Source: an uncultured delta proteobacterium
GTDB taxonomy: Bacteria; Desulfobacterota; Binatia; Binatales; Binataceae
Reading direction: 5' to 3'
DNA length: 64,000 bases
Assembly: GCA_963833025.1 (NCBI GenBank)
Contig: CAWHWI010000003.1
Span: forward strand, 281,010 to 345,009
Under the pieces are notes generated by a model. The model was not told the origin of the DNA and did no database searches. It saw only the letters and a list, made by a program, of their open reading frames with translations. The position numbers and the translations under genes were made by a program. Below, piece after piece: positions 37,743-48,403 of the stretch (the first letter of the stretch is position 1; the number at the start of each line of letters is the position of its first letter).

Positions 37743-39590
37743 ATGGATTCAGCGGACGCGAAAATTGCCGACGGAGGCGCCACCACTGCTGCCCATGCTT
37801 ACGAGCCATTGAGTCTCAGGACCAAGCTTCTCTACGGCGCCCCGAGTTTCGCCGGCGCCGCGATGATCATCCCGATCCTAATCCTCATGCCGAAGTTCTA
37901 TGCCGACGTGGTGCTGGTGCCGCTCGGTTTCCTCGCCATGGCGATCGCGATCGCACGCTCGCTCGACGCGCTGAGCGATCCTCTGATGGGCTGGATCTCC
38001 GATCACACGCGCACGCGTCTTGGCCGTCGCCGGCCTTACATGCTGGTCGGCGCTCCGCTGTGCGGCCTGGCTTTTTTCTGCCTGCTGAATCCGCCGGCGT
38101 CGCTGAGCGGTGGCCGCGCGGCGATTTGGTTCGGCATAACCTTCATCCTTTACTTTATATTTCACACCGTTTACGTTCTGCCGCACTACGCGCTCGGCCC
38201 GGAACTGACGCAGAACTATCATGATCGCTCCACGCTGTTCGCCTGGCGCGAGTCCTTCACAATCCTCGGCACGATCGTGGCCGCAGCCGCACCCGGCGTC
38301 ATGATGAAGGCGTGGCATCTGACCGACCGCCAGGTGTACTTCCGGCTCGGTATTTTCTTCGGCTTGCTGGTCGCGGTGCTCTACACCTTGCTGGTGGTGA
38401 CGATAAAGGAGCGGCCCGACTTCGTCGCGCGCGAATCGAATCCCCTGGTTCCCGGCGTCAGACGAGCGCTGCGCAACCGTCCATTCGGAATTCTGTTGGG
38501 TAGCTACGTCGTTGGCAGCATCGCCGGCGCGATTCCGGCGACGATGATGCCATTCTTCAACGCCTACGTGATTCGGCCGCCCGATCCCGCCGTATGGCTG
38601 TCGAAGTTGTTGGTGGGCTATTTTGCATTTGGATTTCTGTCGCTGCCGATGTGGGTCTGGATTGCTCGCAGAATCGGAAAGCTCAATGCGTGGCTAACCA
38701 GCTTTTTTCTCGGCATCAGCGGCGGCGGCGCGATGTTCCTGTTGCGGCCGGGCGACATCCATTGGCTGATGGTGCTGATTTGCTGGGCGGGCATCGGATT
38801 CGGCGCCGGCCTGTTCCTCACGCCCTCGATGCAGGCCGACGTGATCGACTACGACGAGCTCTACACCGGCAAGCGGCGCGAGGCGCAGTACACCGCGTTC
38901 TGGTCGATGCTCCCGAAGTTCGTCGCGATTCCGAGCGCGGCAGTTCCGATCGCGATTCTCGCCTCGCTCGGCTACATCCCCAACGCGATACAGGTTCCGC
39001 GCGTCGTCTTCGCGATTCGTGCGATCTTTGCGCTCGGGCCTGCGACTTGCTCCGCTCTTTCATTTCTGATCGCGCGCAGGTTCCCGATCACGGAAACGAT
39101 CCACAGAAAGATCCTTGACGGAATCGCGCTTCACCAGGGCGGCGAGGCTGCCATCGATCCATTAACTGCTGCGATCGTGCCGCCGCCGACACCCGGTCAC
39201 GACGAGGACGTTGGCTGGTTCCTCGACTACTTTTCCAGCGGCGAGTTGAAGCGCTATCTCGCGCGCGGCGCGTCGCAGCCGGTGCGCGACGTTCTCACCG
39301 TCGCGGCAGTGTCGATCGGGGTCACGATGCTCTCGGTTTTCTATGTTCTCCATCGCGTGAGCTCGCTGCGGGCCGATCCCGGCGCGATGACTTCTCTGAT
39401 CGTCGTCGCGGGAGGGCTCGCATTCGCGATCTTCGTCTTCCACATGATGCGCCTTGGACCCGCGCGCCGGCTCGCCGCGGGTGAAGTGCCGACCGATGTC
39501 GTCCGCGCCCATCTCGGCCAGGTCGTCGACGCTCTCCAAACCGGAACGCCCGCGCCCGCCGTCGCACCCAGTGTCGCCAGCGGCAGCTAG
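37743..39590 (+). CDS. MFS transporter, GPH (glycoside-pentoside-hexuronide:cation symporter) family
   Basis: The ATG at 37743 is preceded by GGGGAGG. The upstream part of listed ORF 36891..39590 is antisense to the P450 gene. Twelve TMs are present. The first loop has the GPH-like motif DPLMGWISDHTRTRLGRRRP. Confidence 0.75.
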   Translation: MDSADAKIADGGATTAAHAYEPLSLRTKLLYGAPSFAGAAMIIPILILMPKFYADVVLVPLGFLAMAIAIARSLDALSDPLMGWISDHTRTRLGRRRPYMLVGAPLCGLAFFCLLNPPASLSGGRAAIWFGITFILYFIFHTVYVLPHYALGPELTQNYHDRSTLFAWRESFTILGTIVAAAAPGVMMKAWHLTDRQVYFRLGIFFGLLVAVLYTLLVVTIKERPDFVARESNPLVPGVRRALRNRPFGILLGSYVVGSIAGAIPATMMPFFNAYVIRPPDPAVWLSKLLVGYFAFGFLSLPMWVWIARRIGKLNAWLTSFFLGISGGGAMFLLRPGDIHWLMVLICWAGIGFGAGLFLTPSMQADVIDYDELYTGKRREAQYTAFWSMLPKFVAIPSAAVPIAILASLGYIPNAIQVPRVVFAIRAIFALGPATCSALSFLIARRFPITETIHRKILDGIALHQGGEAAIDPLTAAIVPPPTPGHDEDVGWFLDYFSSGELKRYLARGASQPVRDVLTVAAVSIGVTMLSVFYVLHRVSSLRADPGAMTSLIVVAGGLAFAIFVFHMMRLGPARRLAAGEVPTDVVRAHLGQVVDALQTGTPAPAVAPSVASGS

Positions 39591-39604
39591 TTGATAAGAA
39601 ATAA

Positions 39605-40492
39605 GTGGGGCGCGCGTCGATGCCCGCTGCCGCTCGCGCACTGAGACCGGAGGATTTGCCGATGCCGTCAATCCCTGTTGTGTCCGCCAACGACTCCTCG
39701 TCTCAGGTCGTCGCATGCCTCGAGCGCGACGGCGCGGTGGTCGTCTCTGGTGTGAGCGATAGGCCTACGCGCGACGCGATTCTGCGCGAGCTCGCGCCGC
39801 ATCTGGAGATCGTCGATCCCGACGCGAGCATCAACAAGGCCTATGAGGCGGATGGCGGAACTTCGGATTTTTATCCGGGCAAGACCAAGCGCATCACCGC
39901 GCTGGTCGCCCGGTCGGAAACTTTTCGCACCTTCGTGACACATCCGCTGATGCTGTCGGCATGCGACGCGATCCTGAAACCCAACTGCGTCCATTACCAG
40001 GTGCATGCGACCGCCGCGCTCAAGATCGGTCCGGGCGCGCGCGAGCAAGTGCTCCATCGCGAGGAGGATCCGTATCAATTCTTCAAAGTGCCGCGCCCGC
40101 ACATGATCCTCGCCAGCATGTGGGCGATTACCGATTTCACCGAGGCCAACGGCGGCACTCTGATAGTTCCCGGCAGCCATCTCTGGCCTGCCGATCGACG
40201 CGCACACCGCGACGAAGTCGTCGCGGCCGCGATGCCCGCCGGTTCCGTCCTGCTCTGGATGGGCGGTACGCTGCATGGCGCCGGCGCGAATCGCACCGAC
40301 GACTGGCGCTACGGCGTCTTCCTCTCGTATTCGCTCGGCTGGATGCGCCAGGAAGAAAATCAATACGTCGACGTGCCATACGAGATCGCGCGCACGCTCA
40401 CCAAAGAGGTGCGCGATCTCGTCGGCTACAGAATGCACATGGGAATTGGCTACTTCGACGTTTCCGTGAGAGGCAGTCGCGCGAGAGAATAG
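39605..40492 (+). CDS. phytanoyl-CoA dioxygenase (PhyH) family Fe(II)/2OG oxygenase
   Basis: Has HxD…H motif context (LHREEDPY…GGTLIVPGSHLW…LHGAGANRT). Confidence 0.75.
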   Translation: MGRASMPAAARALRPEDLPMPSIPVVSANDSSSQVVACLERDGAVVVSGVSDRPTRDAILRELAPHLEIVDPDASINKAYEADGGTSDFYPGKTKRITALVARSETFRTFVTHPLMLSACDAILKPNCVHYQVHATAALKIGPGAREQVLHREEDPYQFFKVPRPHMILASMWAITDFTEANGGTLIVPGSHLWPADRRAHRDEVVAAAMPAGSVLLWMGGTLHGAGANRTDDWRYGVFLSYSLGWMRQEENQYVDVPYEIARTLTKEVRDLVGYRMHMGIGYFDVSVRGSRARE

Positions 40493-40495
40493 CTG

Positions 40496-41728
40496 ATGCC
40501 GAAGATTTCCTATCGCGTGCGGCCGGAGACCGCCGTGCTGACCCGGGGCTTCGACCCGAAGTTGTCGGTTGGCTCCGCCCGTCCGCCGGTTTATCGCAGC
40601 TCGACGTTTGTCTTTCCAAGTCCGGAGGCGGCCGAGCGCGCATTCGGAATCGTGCTTGGCAAAATCCGTCCGCTCGGCGACGATCGCCCCGACCTGATCT
40701 ACGCGCGCCTGAATCATCCGAACGCCGAAATCCTCGAGGAACAGCTCGTCCCGCTCGAACGTGGCGCCAACTCCGCCGCCATCTTCAATTCCGGCATGGC
40801 CGCGATCTTCACCGTGATGCTCGCGTTCCTCGAGCGCGGCGGCTCGCTCATCTACACGCAGCCTCTGTACGGCGGCAGCCAACATCTCATCCACCAGGTG
40901 ATAGAGCCGCTCGGCTTCGACGCGCGCCCGGTCCCCGCCGGTAACACGAAGGCGCTGACCGAGGCGATCGCGGATGCGAACAATCTGAGCCTTGTGCTGA
41001 TCGAGACTCCCGCCAATCCCACGCTCATGATGACCGATATCGCGCAAGCGTCCGCCGCAATCCAGCAAAAGAAGAAGCGCGCCCTCCTCGCAATCGACAA
41101 CACTCTGCTCGGCCCGACGTTTCAGCATCCGCTGATTCACGGCGCGGACCTCGCGATTTACTCGGCCACCAAGTTCCTCGGCGGATTCAGCGACCTGCTC
41201 GCCGGCGCGGTGGTCGCGGCCGATCCCGAATTGATCCAGACACTGACCGGGATGCGCGCGCTTTTGGGAAATATCCTGCAGGCTGACGAATGTTGGATGC
41301 TCGATTCGCGCCTTTCGACCGTCGCGCTGCGGATGAACCGGCAGAGCAAGAACGCACAGCGCATAGCCGAACAATTGGCCAAGCATCCGCGGGTCAAACG
41401 CGTCATCTACCCTTCCCTGTTCACCGACGCCGCGCAGATTGAGATTCGCGACGCGCAAACCGACTACCCGGGCTCGCTCGTGTCGCTGGAAGTTGAAGGC
41501 GGCAAGACCGGCGCCTTCGAATTCCTGCGTCGTTTGAAGATCGCCAAGAACGCCGTCAGCCTCGGCGGCGTCGAAACTCTCGTATGCCATCCGATGACGA
41601 CCACCCACAGCGAACTGTCGCCCGAGGAATTGTCCGCCGCCGGAATCAGCGAGTCGCTCGTGCGCATCTCGATCGGCACGGAGCATTGGCGCGACCTGCT
41701 CGAGGAATTCACCCGCGCCCTGGGCTGA
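40496..41728 (+). CDS. Cys/Met-metabolism PLP-dependent enzyme (cystathionine gamma-synthase/lyase, methionine gamma-lyase family)
   Basis: Has the AIYSATKFLGG PLP-lysine motif. The N-terminus VRPETAVLTRGFDP… is typical of the family. Confidence 0.85.
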   Translation: MPKISYRVRPETAVLTRGFDPKLSVGSARPPVYRSSTFVFPSPEAAERAFGIVLGKIRPLGDDRPDLIYARLNHPNAEILEEQLVPLERGANSAAIFNSGMAAIFTVMLAFLERGGSLIYTQPLYGGSQHLIHQVIEPLGFDARPVPAGNTKALTEAIADANNLSLVLIETPANPTLMMTDIAQASAAIQQKKKRALLAIDNTLLGPTFQHPLIHGADLAIYSATKFLGGFSDLLAGAVVAADPELIQTLTGMRALLGNILQADECWMLDSRLSTVALRMNRQSKNAQRIAEQLAKHPRVKRVIYPSLFTDAAQIEIRDAQTDYPGSLVSLEVEGGKTGAFEFLRRLKIAKNAVSLGGVETLVCHPMTTTHSELSPEELSAAGISESLVRISIGTEHWRDLLEEFTRALG

Positions 41729-41867
41729 ACTACCGGCGGCGGTGTGCCGCTCGTGACGTTAAACCGCGATCGTTCGAAACGAATGCCGGTTTCCTCTTGC
41801 CGACCGCATCATTTGTTCCCGCGCGGAGCCTAGAATCAGTTGCGGCACTGCTGAATGAGGCTCACCA

Positions 41868-42311
41868 ATGAAACCGATAGAAGTTCTGGACCACCTGATC
41901 GAAATTTGCATTGACAGCGAAGATCGCTACCGGAGCGCCGCCAGCGATGTCGGCAAGGCGAATCTCGAACAATTTTTCAACCACCAGGCGGCGGCGCGCA
42001 AGCACAACGCGGATGATCTGGACCTGGAGCGCAAGCGGTTGGGTGGAGTCGGAGAAGAATCGGGCACGTTTTCCGGATTTCTCGATCGAGCCGCGATGGA
42101 CTTCAATGTGATCATGAGCATGGGTGACACTGGCGTCGTCGAATGGTGTCGCAAGGACGCTCAATCCGCGATCGACGAATACGAGAAAGCCCTGGCAGAG
42201 GAGTTGCCGCTGTCAGCGCGCGCGGCGGTCACCTTGCAACAGGTTCAAAATCGCGCCACGCTTGCCTCGCTCGAGAAAGTATTGCGGACGTACGGCGGTC
42301 CCAGGTCGTAG
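41868..42311 (+). CDS. PA2169/DUF2383 family four-helix-bundle (ferritin-like) protein
   Basis: 147 aa of the type LDHLIEICIDSEDRYRSAASDV…EQFFNHQAAARKHNADDL. Confidence 0.6.
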   Translation: MKPIEVLDHLIEICIDSEDRYRSAASDVGKANLEQFFNHQAAARKHNADDLDLERKRLGGVGEESGTFSGFLDRAAMDFNVIMSMGDTGVVEWCRKDAQSAIDEYEKALAEELPLSARAAVTLQQVQNRATLASLEKVLRTYGGPRS

Positions 42312-42321
42312 TCGTTTCGGG

Positions 42322-42993
42322 TCAGATCAATTTCATTCCGAGCGCGGCTTCAAGTTCGGCAATCGCCTGCGGCCCGCTTTCGACTTTGATCGTCGTCATG
42401 CCCATCGCGCGTGCGGGCTTCAGGTTGCCGCCGAGGTCGTCGAGATAGACGCACGCGTCCGGCGCCACGCCGAGCTTCTCGCACATCATCAGGTAGATGC
42501 GTGGGTCGGGTTTGCGGATGCCGGCCTTTGACGATTCGATCAGCTCGTCGAACAGTTCCATGATCTCGCGCGAGTAGATCGAGCGGCTCGTTTGTACCGC
42601 AGCAGAAGCGTCCGCCGGCATGTTGTTGGTGATGCAGCCGGTCTTGAAGCGCGACTTGATGCGCCGCAGCGCCTCGATCATCTCGGGGCGGAAGTCGCCC
42701 GCCAGCAGCGCAACGACGTCGCGGCCCGGAATCTCGTAGCCGAGCGTCCTCGCTTCCGCCGCAAACGCCGCGTCGAAGCCGGCAAAGTCGATAGCCGAGC
42801 GCTCGAACCTCGCCCACGCGTTGTTCTCATGATTGGTCGAGTTGATCTTGCGGATCACGCCAACCGGGATGCCGCGTTCGCGCTCATAGCGTGCGAAGGC
42901 CTCGAACGGCGAGCTGGTAAACACGCCGCCGAAATCCCAAATCACTGCCTCGATCACTTCGCTCTCCAATATGCTGATCATAATCGGGAACAC
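42322..42993 (-). CDS. HAD-superfamily hydrolase
   Basis: The N-terminus has DxG motif I (VIWDFGGV). Motif IV is VYLDDLGGNL. Confidence 0.75.
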   Translation of the reverse strand: MFPIMISILESEVIEAVIWDFGGVFTSSPFEAFARYERERGIPVGVIRKINSTNHENNAWARFERSAIDFAGFDAAFAAEARTLGYEIPGRDVVALLAGDFRPEMIEALRRIKSRFKTGCITNNMPADASAAVQTSRSIYSREIMELFDELIESSKAGIRKPDPRIYLMMCEKLGVAPDACVYLDDLGGNLKPARAMGMTTIKVESGPQAIAELEAALGMKLI

Positions 42994-43203
42994 ATCGAAC
43001 GATTACAAGCGATCGCCCGTCTGCTGCGCATCCTGTTGGAAATTGAGGCATCCCGCGCCGCGCTGCGTTTGGAATCTCCGCTTGTTGCTTCAACATTCCT
43101 TCCCGACGCGCGGGGCGCGGTCCTTGCAGTGTTTGACAGTTTGATCTCGTGAAGGTCGTCACGGCCTTCGAGATAAGTAACTCAAACTTCGGAGGACACG
43201 ATA

Positions 43204-45390
43204 TTGAGCGGAAGCTCGGCACGTCTGCAGGCTATCGAGGCCGTCACGACCTACCATCCCACCTCAGCGCCCCTGTCATTCGCGAACGTTTCGGCAAGTG
43301 AGCTTTTCGGTTCGAACGTCTTCGGCAAGGCGGCGATGAAGGAGCGGCTCCCCAAGCCGGTGTTCAAGTCGCTGATGAAGACGATCGAGACGCGGATCGC
43401 GCCTCGACCCGGCGATCGCGGACACGGTCGCGTCGGCGATGAGGGACTGGGCGATGTCCAAAGGCGCGACGCATTATTCGCACGTGTTCTACCCGCTGAC
43501 CGGGTTCACCGCCGAGAAACACGACAGCTTCCTCTCGCCCGACGGCGAGGGTGGCGCGATCGCCGAGTTTTCCGGCAAGACGCTCTCCCAGGGTGAGCCC
43601 GACGCGTCGAGCTTCCCCAACGGCGGTATCCGCAACACCTTCGAGGCGCGCGGCTACACGATGTGGGACGTCACGAGTCCCGCTTATATCCTCGAGAACC
43701 CGAACGGCACCACGCTGTGCATTCCGACCGCGTTCGTCTCGTGGACCGGCGAGGCGCTCGACAAGAAGACTCCCCTGCTGCGCTCGATGCAGGCGCTGAA
43801 CAAGCCAGGCGCAGCGAATTCTGAAACTGTTCGGACATCGTGAATCCGGCCCACGTCGTCTCCTTCGCCGGCTGCGAGCAGGAATATTTCCTGATCGACC
43901 GGCATTTCTACTTCTCGCGGCCGGATCTGCTCGCCACCGGACGAACGTTGTTCGGAGCGCTGCCGCCCAAGGGCCAGGAGTTCGAGGATCATTACCTGGG
44001 CGCCATTCCCGAGCGCGTGCTCGCCTTCATGCTCGAGACCGAGCGCGAGCTGTTCAAGCTCGGCATCCCGGCCAAGACGCGCCACAACGAGGTGGCGCCG
44101 GGGCAGTTCGAGCTGGCGCCGATGTTCGAGAACGGAAACGTCGCGGCCGACCATCAGCAGTTGACAATGGTCACGCTGAAGCGAGTGGCCGAGCGGTACG
44201 GGATGACTTGCCTGCTGCACGAAAAGCCGTTTGCGGGCGTTAACGGATCGGGCAAGCACGTGAACTTCTCGCTCGGCAATGCGACCCAGGGCAACCTGCT
44301 CGATCCGGGCGACAACCCGCACGACAACGCGCAGTTCCTGGTATTCTGCGCGGCGGTAATTCGCTCGGTCCATCGATGGTCCGGGCTGCTGCGAGCGGTC
44401 GTCGCGTCCGCCTCGAACGACCATCGGCTGGGCGCGAACGAAGCGCCGCCGGCGATCATTTCGGTCTTCCTCGGCGATCAGCTTAACGACATTTTCGAGC
44501 AGGTGACCAAGGGCGGAGCGAAAAGTTCAAAGGGCGGAGAAACATTGAAGGTTGGCGTCGACTCGCTGCCCGTCATTCCGAAAGACGCGGGCGACCGGAA
44601 TCGTACGAGTCCTTTTGCCTTCACCGGCAACCGTTTCGAATTCCGCGCGGTCGGATCCAGCCAGTCGATCGCGGGCGCGATGATAGCCATGAACACGATC
44701 GTGGCGGAGTCACTCGATTACATCGCAACCAAACTCGAGAAAGCGGGCGGCGACGATCCAGCGAAGCTCAACGGCGCCATCCAGAAGGTACTCGAAGAGA
44801 TCATGGCCGAGAACGGCAGCATCGTCTTCAACGGCAACGGCTACTCCGAGGCCTGGCACAAGGAAGCGGAGAGCCGTGGCCTGCCCAACCTGCGCTCGTG
44901 CGTGGAAGCACTGCCGCTGCTCGGAAGCAAAGAGGCGATTGACCTGTTCGCCAAGTACGGCGTGCTGACCGAGCGCGAGACGCACGGCCGGATGGACGTG
45001 GACCTCGAGCAATACTGCCTCGTGGTGGGGCTCGAGGCGCGGACCGTGATCGAAATGGCCAGGACCATCATCTTTCCGGCGGCGATCCGCTACCAGGGCG
45101 AGCTGGCGCAAACCTGCGCGCATCTCAAGGCGGTCGGCTACGTGTTCGATACCGACACGCTCGACAAAGTCACGGTGCTGGTGAAGGACCTGCAGGATGG
45201 AATCGTGAAGCTCGAAGGGATGCTGGCCGAGGGCGGAGGTCATAGCAAGCTCGATCACGCCAAGCATCTGTGCAACGCGGTGCTGCCCGCGATGGCGGCG
45301 GTGCGCAAGACCGCGGACCAGCTCGAGGGCATCGTCGCCGACGACCTGTGGCCGCTGGCGACCTATCAGGAGATGCTGTTCATCATGTAG
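43204..45390 (+). pseudogene. glnN: glutamine synthetase type III (glnN) interrupted by about three frameshifts
   Basis: The GSIII sequence continues across three listed ORFs: 43204..43596, 43439..43843 and 43840..45390 (…[15 protein letters not shown] | [32 protein letters not shown]… | ILKLFGH | [19 protein letters not shown]…). Frame changes lie near 43380 (a 1-nt insertion, gagacgCgga), near 43815 and near 43838. Confidence 0.7.
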
Positions 45391-45440
45391 GGTCGCGATT
45401 CGCGACTAGCGGGGAATTGCAGAGTAGCTGTAGTGGTCCG

Positions 45441-45472
45441 GATCCTAACTTCTCCTTGTCCGAGGAGAGGTT
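45441..45472. repeat. solo copy of the MITE terminal-inverted-repeat motif
   Basis: gatcctaacttctccttgtccgaggagaggtt is the same motif as at 46906 and, inverted, at 47116-47150. Confidence 0.55.
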
Positions 45473-45509
45473 AGATGGAGCTAACTCGGGCGAGGGACCG
45501 GCGCCAAGA

Positions 45510-46706
45510 CTAACGGCCTGACAGGTGGAGTTCGCTTAGGCCTCGCAGCGCCATTGAGCCTCGGTATTCCAGCTTGGCATCCGGATTGGCCAATTGCAGG
45601 CGCGGGAATTTTTCGAGCATCGATTCGATCGCGATTGCGCCTTCCAGTCGCGCCAGCGGCGCGCCCAAACAGAAGTGGATTCCTTCGCCGAACGACACGT
45701 GCTCGTTGGGATCGCGCGCGACGTCGAATTTTTCCGGACTTGGAAAATGCGCGGGGTCGCGGTTGGCTGCCGCCAGCAGGATGAAGGTGAGGCTGTTTTC
45801 GGGAATGTCGGTGCCGCCGACGTTGGTCGCCGCCGTCGGCATCCGCACCGTCATCTGAACGGGAGGATCGTAGCGGAGCATCTCCTCGATTGCTTTGGGG
45901 ATCAACTCGCGATTCGCGCGCAGACGATCCTGCTGCTCGGGATGACGGCATAGCGCGAGCAGACCGTTGCCGATCAGATTGGTGGTCGTTTCGTTTCCTG
46001 CCAGCAGCAGCAATACTACGAACGCGAGCAGCTCGTTTTCGCTGAGCGCGTCGGATTCGTCGCGAGCGGTAATCAGCGCGCTGATTAAGTCGTCGGCGGG
46101 ATTCGCGCTTCGCTGCTTGATCGCCTCCGCCAGATAACGGCGGAGCGCATCCTTGGCGGCAAGGCCGGCGGGAGAGGGGCCGGCCGCCATGTCCTGGCCG
46201 AATGAACTGATCATATCGTTCGACCATTGCTTGAATTGGGCGTGATCGGACGCCGAGACTCCCAGCAGCTCCGCGATCACGATCACCGGCAGAGGATTGG
46301 CCAGCGCGGCCATCGCTTCGAGTTCGGAGGAGCCGGCCGTGTGGCTCAGCAGCTCGTTGGTTATTTCCCGGACTCGCGGCTCGAGCTCGCGCACGCGCCT
46401 GGGCGTGAAGGCCTTGCTGACCAGCTTTCGCAGGCGGGAATGCACGGGAGGATCGGCGGTGAGGATAGTCGGTGCGCCGCCGAAGGGATCGATGCGCTCG
46501 CGATATGGAATTTCCGGGCGGCGAACGGTGAAGCGTTCGTGGTCGTGCAGGACGGCTATCACGTCAGCATAGCGGGCGATGATCGTCGTCGGCATGAAGA
46601 GCTTGAGCTGGCGCGGAGGACCGTCGAGCAGCGCCGGAAAGTGCGGATAGGGATTCGCGCGGAAGTCGGGATCGAACGGGTTGAAATAGAAATCTGTCTG
46701 GGACAT
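45510..46706 (-). CDS. cytochrome P450
   Basis: 398 aa with FGEGIHFCLGAPLAR, EEMLRY and AGNETT motifs. Confidence 0.85.
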   Translation of the reverse strand: MSQTDFYFNPFDPDFRANPYPHFPALLDGPPRQLKLFMPTTIIARYADVIAVLHDHERFTVRRPEIPYRERIDPFGGAPTILTADPPVHSRLRKLVSKAFTPRRVRELEPRVREITNELLSHTAGSSELEAMAALANPLPVIVIAELLGVSASDHAQFKQWSNDMISSFGQDMAAGPSPAGLAAKDALRRYLAEAIKQRSANPADDLISALITARDESDALSENELLAFVVLLLLAGNETTTNLIGNGLLALCRHPEQQDRLRANRELIPKAIEEMLRYDPPVQMTVRMPTAATNVGGTDIPENSLTFILLAAANRDPAHFPSPEKFDVARDPNEHVSFGEGIHFCLGAPLARLEGAIAIESMLEKFPRLQLANPDAKLEYRGSMALRGLSELHLSGR

Positions 46707-46745
46707 CGGCTGCTCCTAGGGAACGGGAACTTAATTGTAGTGAAA

Positions 46746-46820
46746 CCCACCGTGGGTTTCACGCTTCCTTGGGCAGGGGTGACCCCCTGCACCCAGTACT
46801 AAAGAAAAGATGCGGGCGGA
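46746..46820. repeat. REP-like palindromic element, copy B (inverted relative to 19069-19144)
   Basis: The reverse complement matches copy A apart from the hairpin loop: agtactgggtgcagggggtcacccctgcccaaggaagcgtgaaaccca…ggtttcac plus the aattaagttc flank. Confidence 0.6.
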
Positions 46821-46905
46821 GTTTACCCTGAGTACTCGTAGGGTCCCTGTTAGAAATTTTTTTGTGTCATTCTTGAGCGAAGCGAAGAATCCCGGCTCTT
46901 TTCGG

Positions 46906-47150
46906 GATCCTAACCTCTCCTTGTCCGAGGAGAGGTCGGCGCGAGCCGAAGGTGAGCGACGGGTGAGGTGCAACGTTGGCCGGCGTAGTTGTGCGTAGCT
47001 GTGCTGCTGTCGGGCAGCGGACTCAGTGTCTGTGAATTGCGATTAGACGAGTTAACGTTGGTGCGCTGTCAGGCGTTGCACCTCACCCGGCGACACCGCG
47101 CTTTGCGCGGCTTACGCCGACCTCTCCTCGGACAAGGAGAGGTTAAGATC
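46906..47150. mobile_element. ~245-bp miniature inverted-repeat element (MITE-like) with 35-bp TIRs and an internal long palindrome
   Basis: Left TIR gatcctaacctctccttgtccgaggagaggtcggc (46906-46940). Right TIR gccgacctctcctcggacaaggagaggttaagatc (47116-47150), whose reverse complement differs from the left at one position. The internal inverted pair is gtgaggtgcaacg / cgttgcacctcac. It has no coding capacity. Confidence 0.55.
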
Positions 47151-47224
47151 TCGCTCCTTGAGCGCGCGATGACGTTGGTGATTTAATCGGGCCTCGTATC
47201 GCACAAATTGTTCGAGGGCCGCTT

Positions 47225-48403
47225 ATGGCTTATGCACCTGACGACCGGGCTATTTACGACGCCGACAGCCATATCATGGAGCTTCCGGATTTTCTGCAGA
47301 AGTACGCCGAGCCTGGCCTGCGCGCGGACATCCCGGCGGTCAGTTACAGCGCGTCGCTCGTCACCGATGAGGAAGTCGCGGAAATCATGGCGCGTGGCGG
47401 GCGGCATTCGGAGCAGCACGTCGCGGAGATGATCGCGCTCGGCGATCGACTCATCGAGAGCTCGAAAGAGATCCAGGCGCTGGGCGCGTTTGACGGGCGT
47501 GAACGCTCGAAGGCCATCGACATGCTCGGTTTCAAGAAACAGCTCGTGTTCGCGACGCATAGTGTGGCGATGCCGTTTTCGCCGAGCTCGAAGATTGCGC
47601 CGAAGCTGCGGTACGGCGCCGCGCGCGCTCATAATCGGCACATGGCGGACTTCTGCGCGCATGACCCGCGACTGATGGGGGTCGCGATCGTGCCGCTGGA
47701 AGAACCGGAACTCGCGCTCGAGGAACTCGAATTCGCGCTCAAGAGCGGCGCGAAGGCAATCTGGGTGCCGCACCACGCGTGCGGCGGCCGGTCGCCCGGC
47801 CACGTCGAGCTCGATCGTTTCTGGGCGAGGCTGGTCGAGTCGAATACACCGTTCGTGATGCACGTCGGCGGCTCGCCGCTGCAACTCGACAAGGCGTGGA
47901 TCAACAACGGCCGTCCGCCGGTCAAAGATTGGATGGGCGGCGGCGAGAATCTTCGCACCAAGGATATGGCAGTGCTCCACGAGGGCCCGGAAACGTTCCT
48001 TTCGATGATGTTGATAGACGGCGTGTTCGAGCGTTTCCCCAAACTGCGCGGCGGATGTATCGAGCTCGGCGCCGGATGGGTGCCGTCGCTGCTGGTGCGG
48101 CTGGACTGGGTGGTGAAGATTTGGAGCAAAACTGACACGAACCTTGCCCGCTTCACGCGCAAGCCGTCCGAGCAGCTCACGCAGCAGATGGCGTTCACAC
48201 CGTTTGTGTTCGAGGACGTCGGCGCGCTTATCGATCAGTCAAACCCGGAGCTGTACCTGTTCTCGACCGACTATCCGCATACCGAGGGCGGCCGCAATCC
48301 GATCGCCCGCTTCGAGGCGGCGCTCGGAAATCGGCCGGAGCCGATCCGCGAACGGTTCTACTCGGAGAATTTTCTCCGGATTTTTTCAGAAGCCCGTGCC
48401 TAG
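47225..48403 (+). CDS. amidohydrolase-2 family metal-dependent hydrolase (TIM barrel)
   Basis: 392 aa with N-terminal DADSH metal motif, HVGG and D…YPH motifs. Confidence 0.75.
   Translation: MAYAPDDRAIYDADSHIMELPDFLQKYAEPGLRADIPAVSYSASLVTDEEVAEIMARGGRHSEQHVAEMIALGDRLIESSKEIQALGAFDGRERSKAIDMLGFKKQLVFATHSVAMPFSPSSKIAPKLRYGAARAHNRHMADFCAHDPRLMGVAIVPLEEPELALEELEFALKSGAKAIWVPHHACGGRSPGHVELDRFWARLVESNTPFVMHVGGSPLQLDKAWINNGRPPVKDWMGGGENLRTKDMAVLHEGPETFLSMMLIDGVFERFPKLRGGCIELGAGWVPSLLVRLDWVVKIWSKTDTNLARFTRKPSEQLTQQMAFTPFVFEDVGALIDQSNPELYLFSTDYPHTEGGRNPIARFEAALGNRPEPIRERFYSENFLRIFSEARA

Noticed and set aside
39668-41686. 672-aa minus-strand ORF
   Set aside because: It is antisense to the PhyH and PLP-enzyme genes. 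It has low-complexity Arg/Ala composition.
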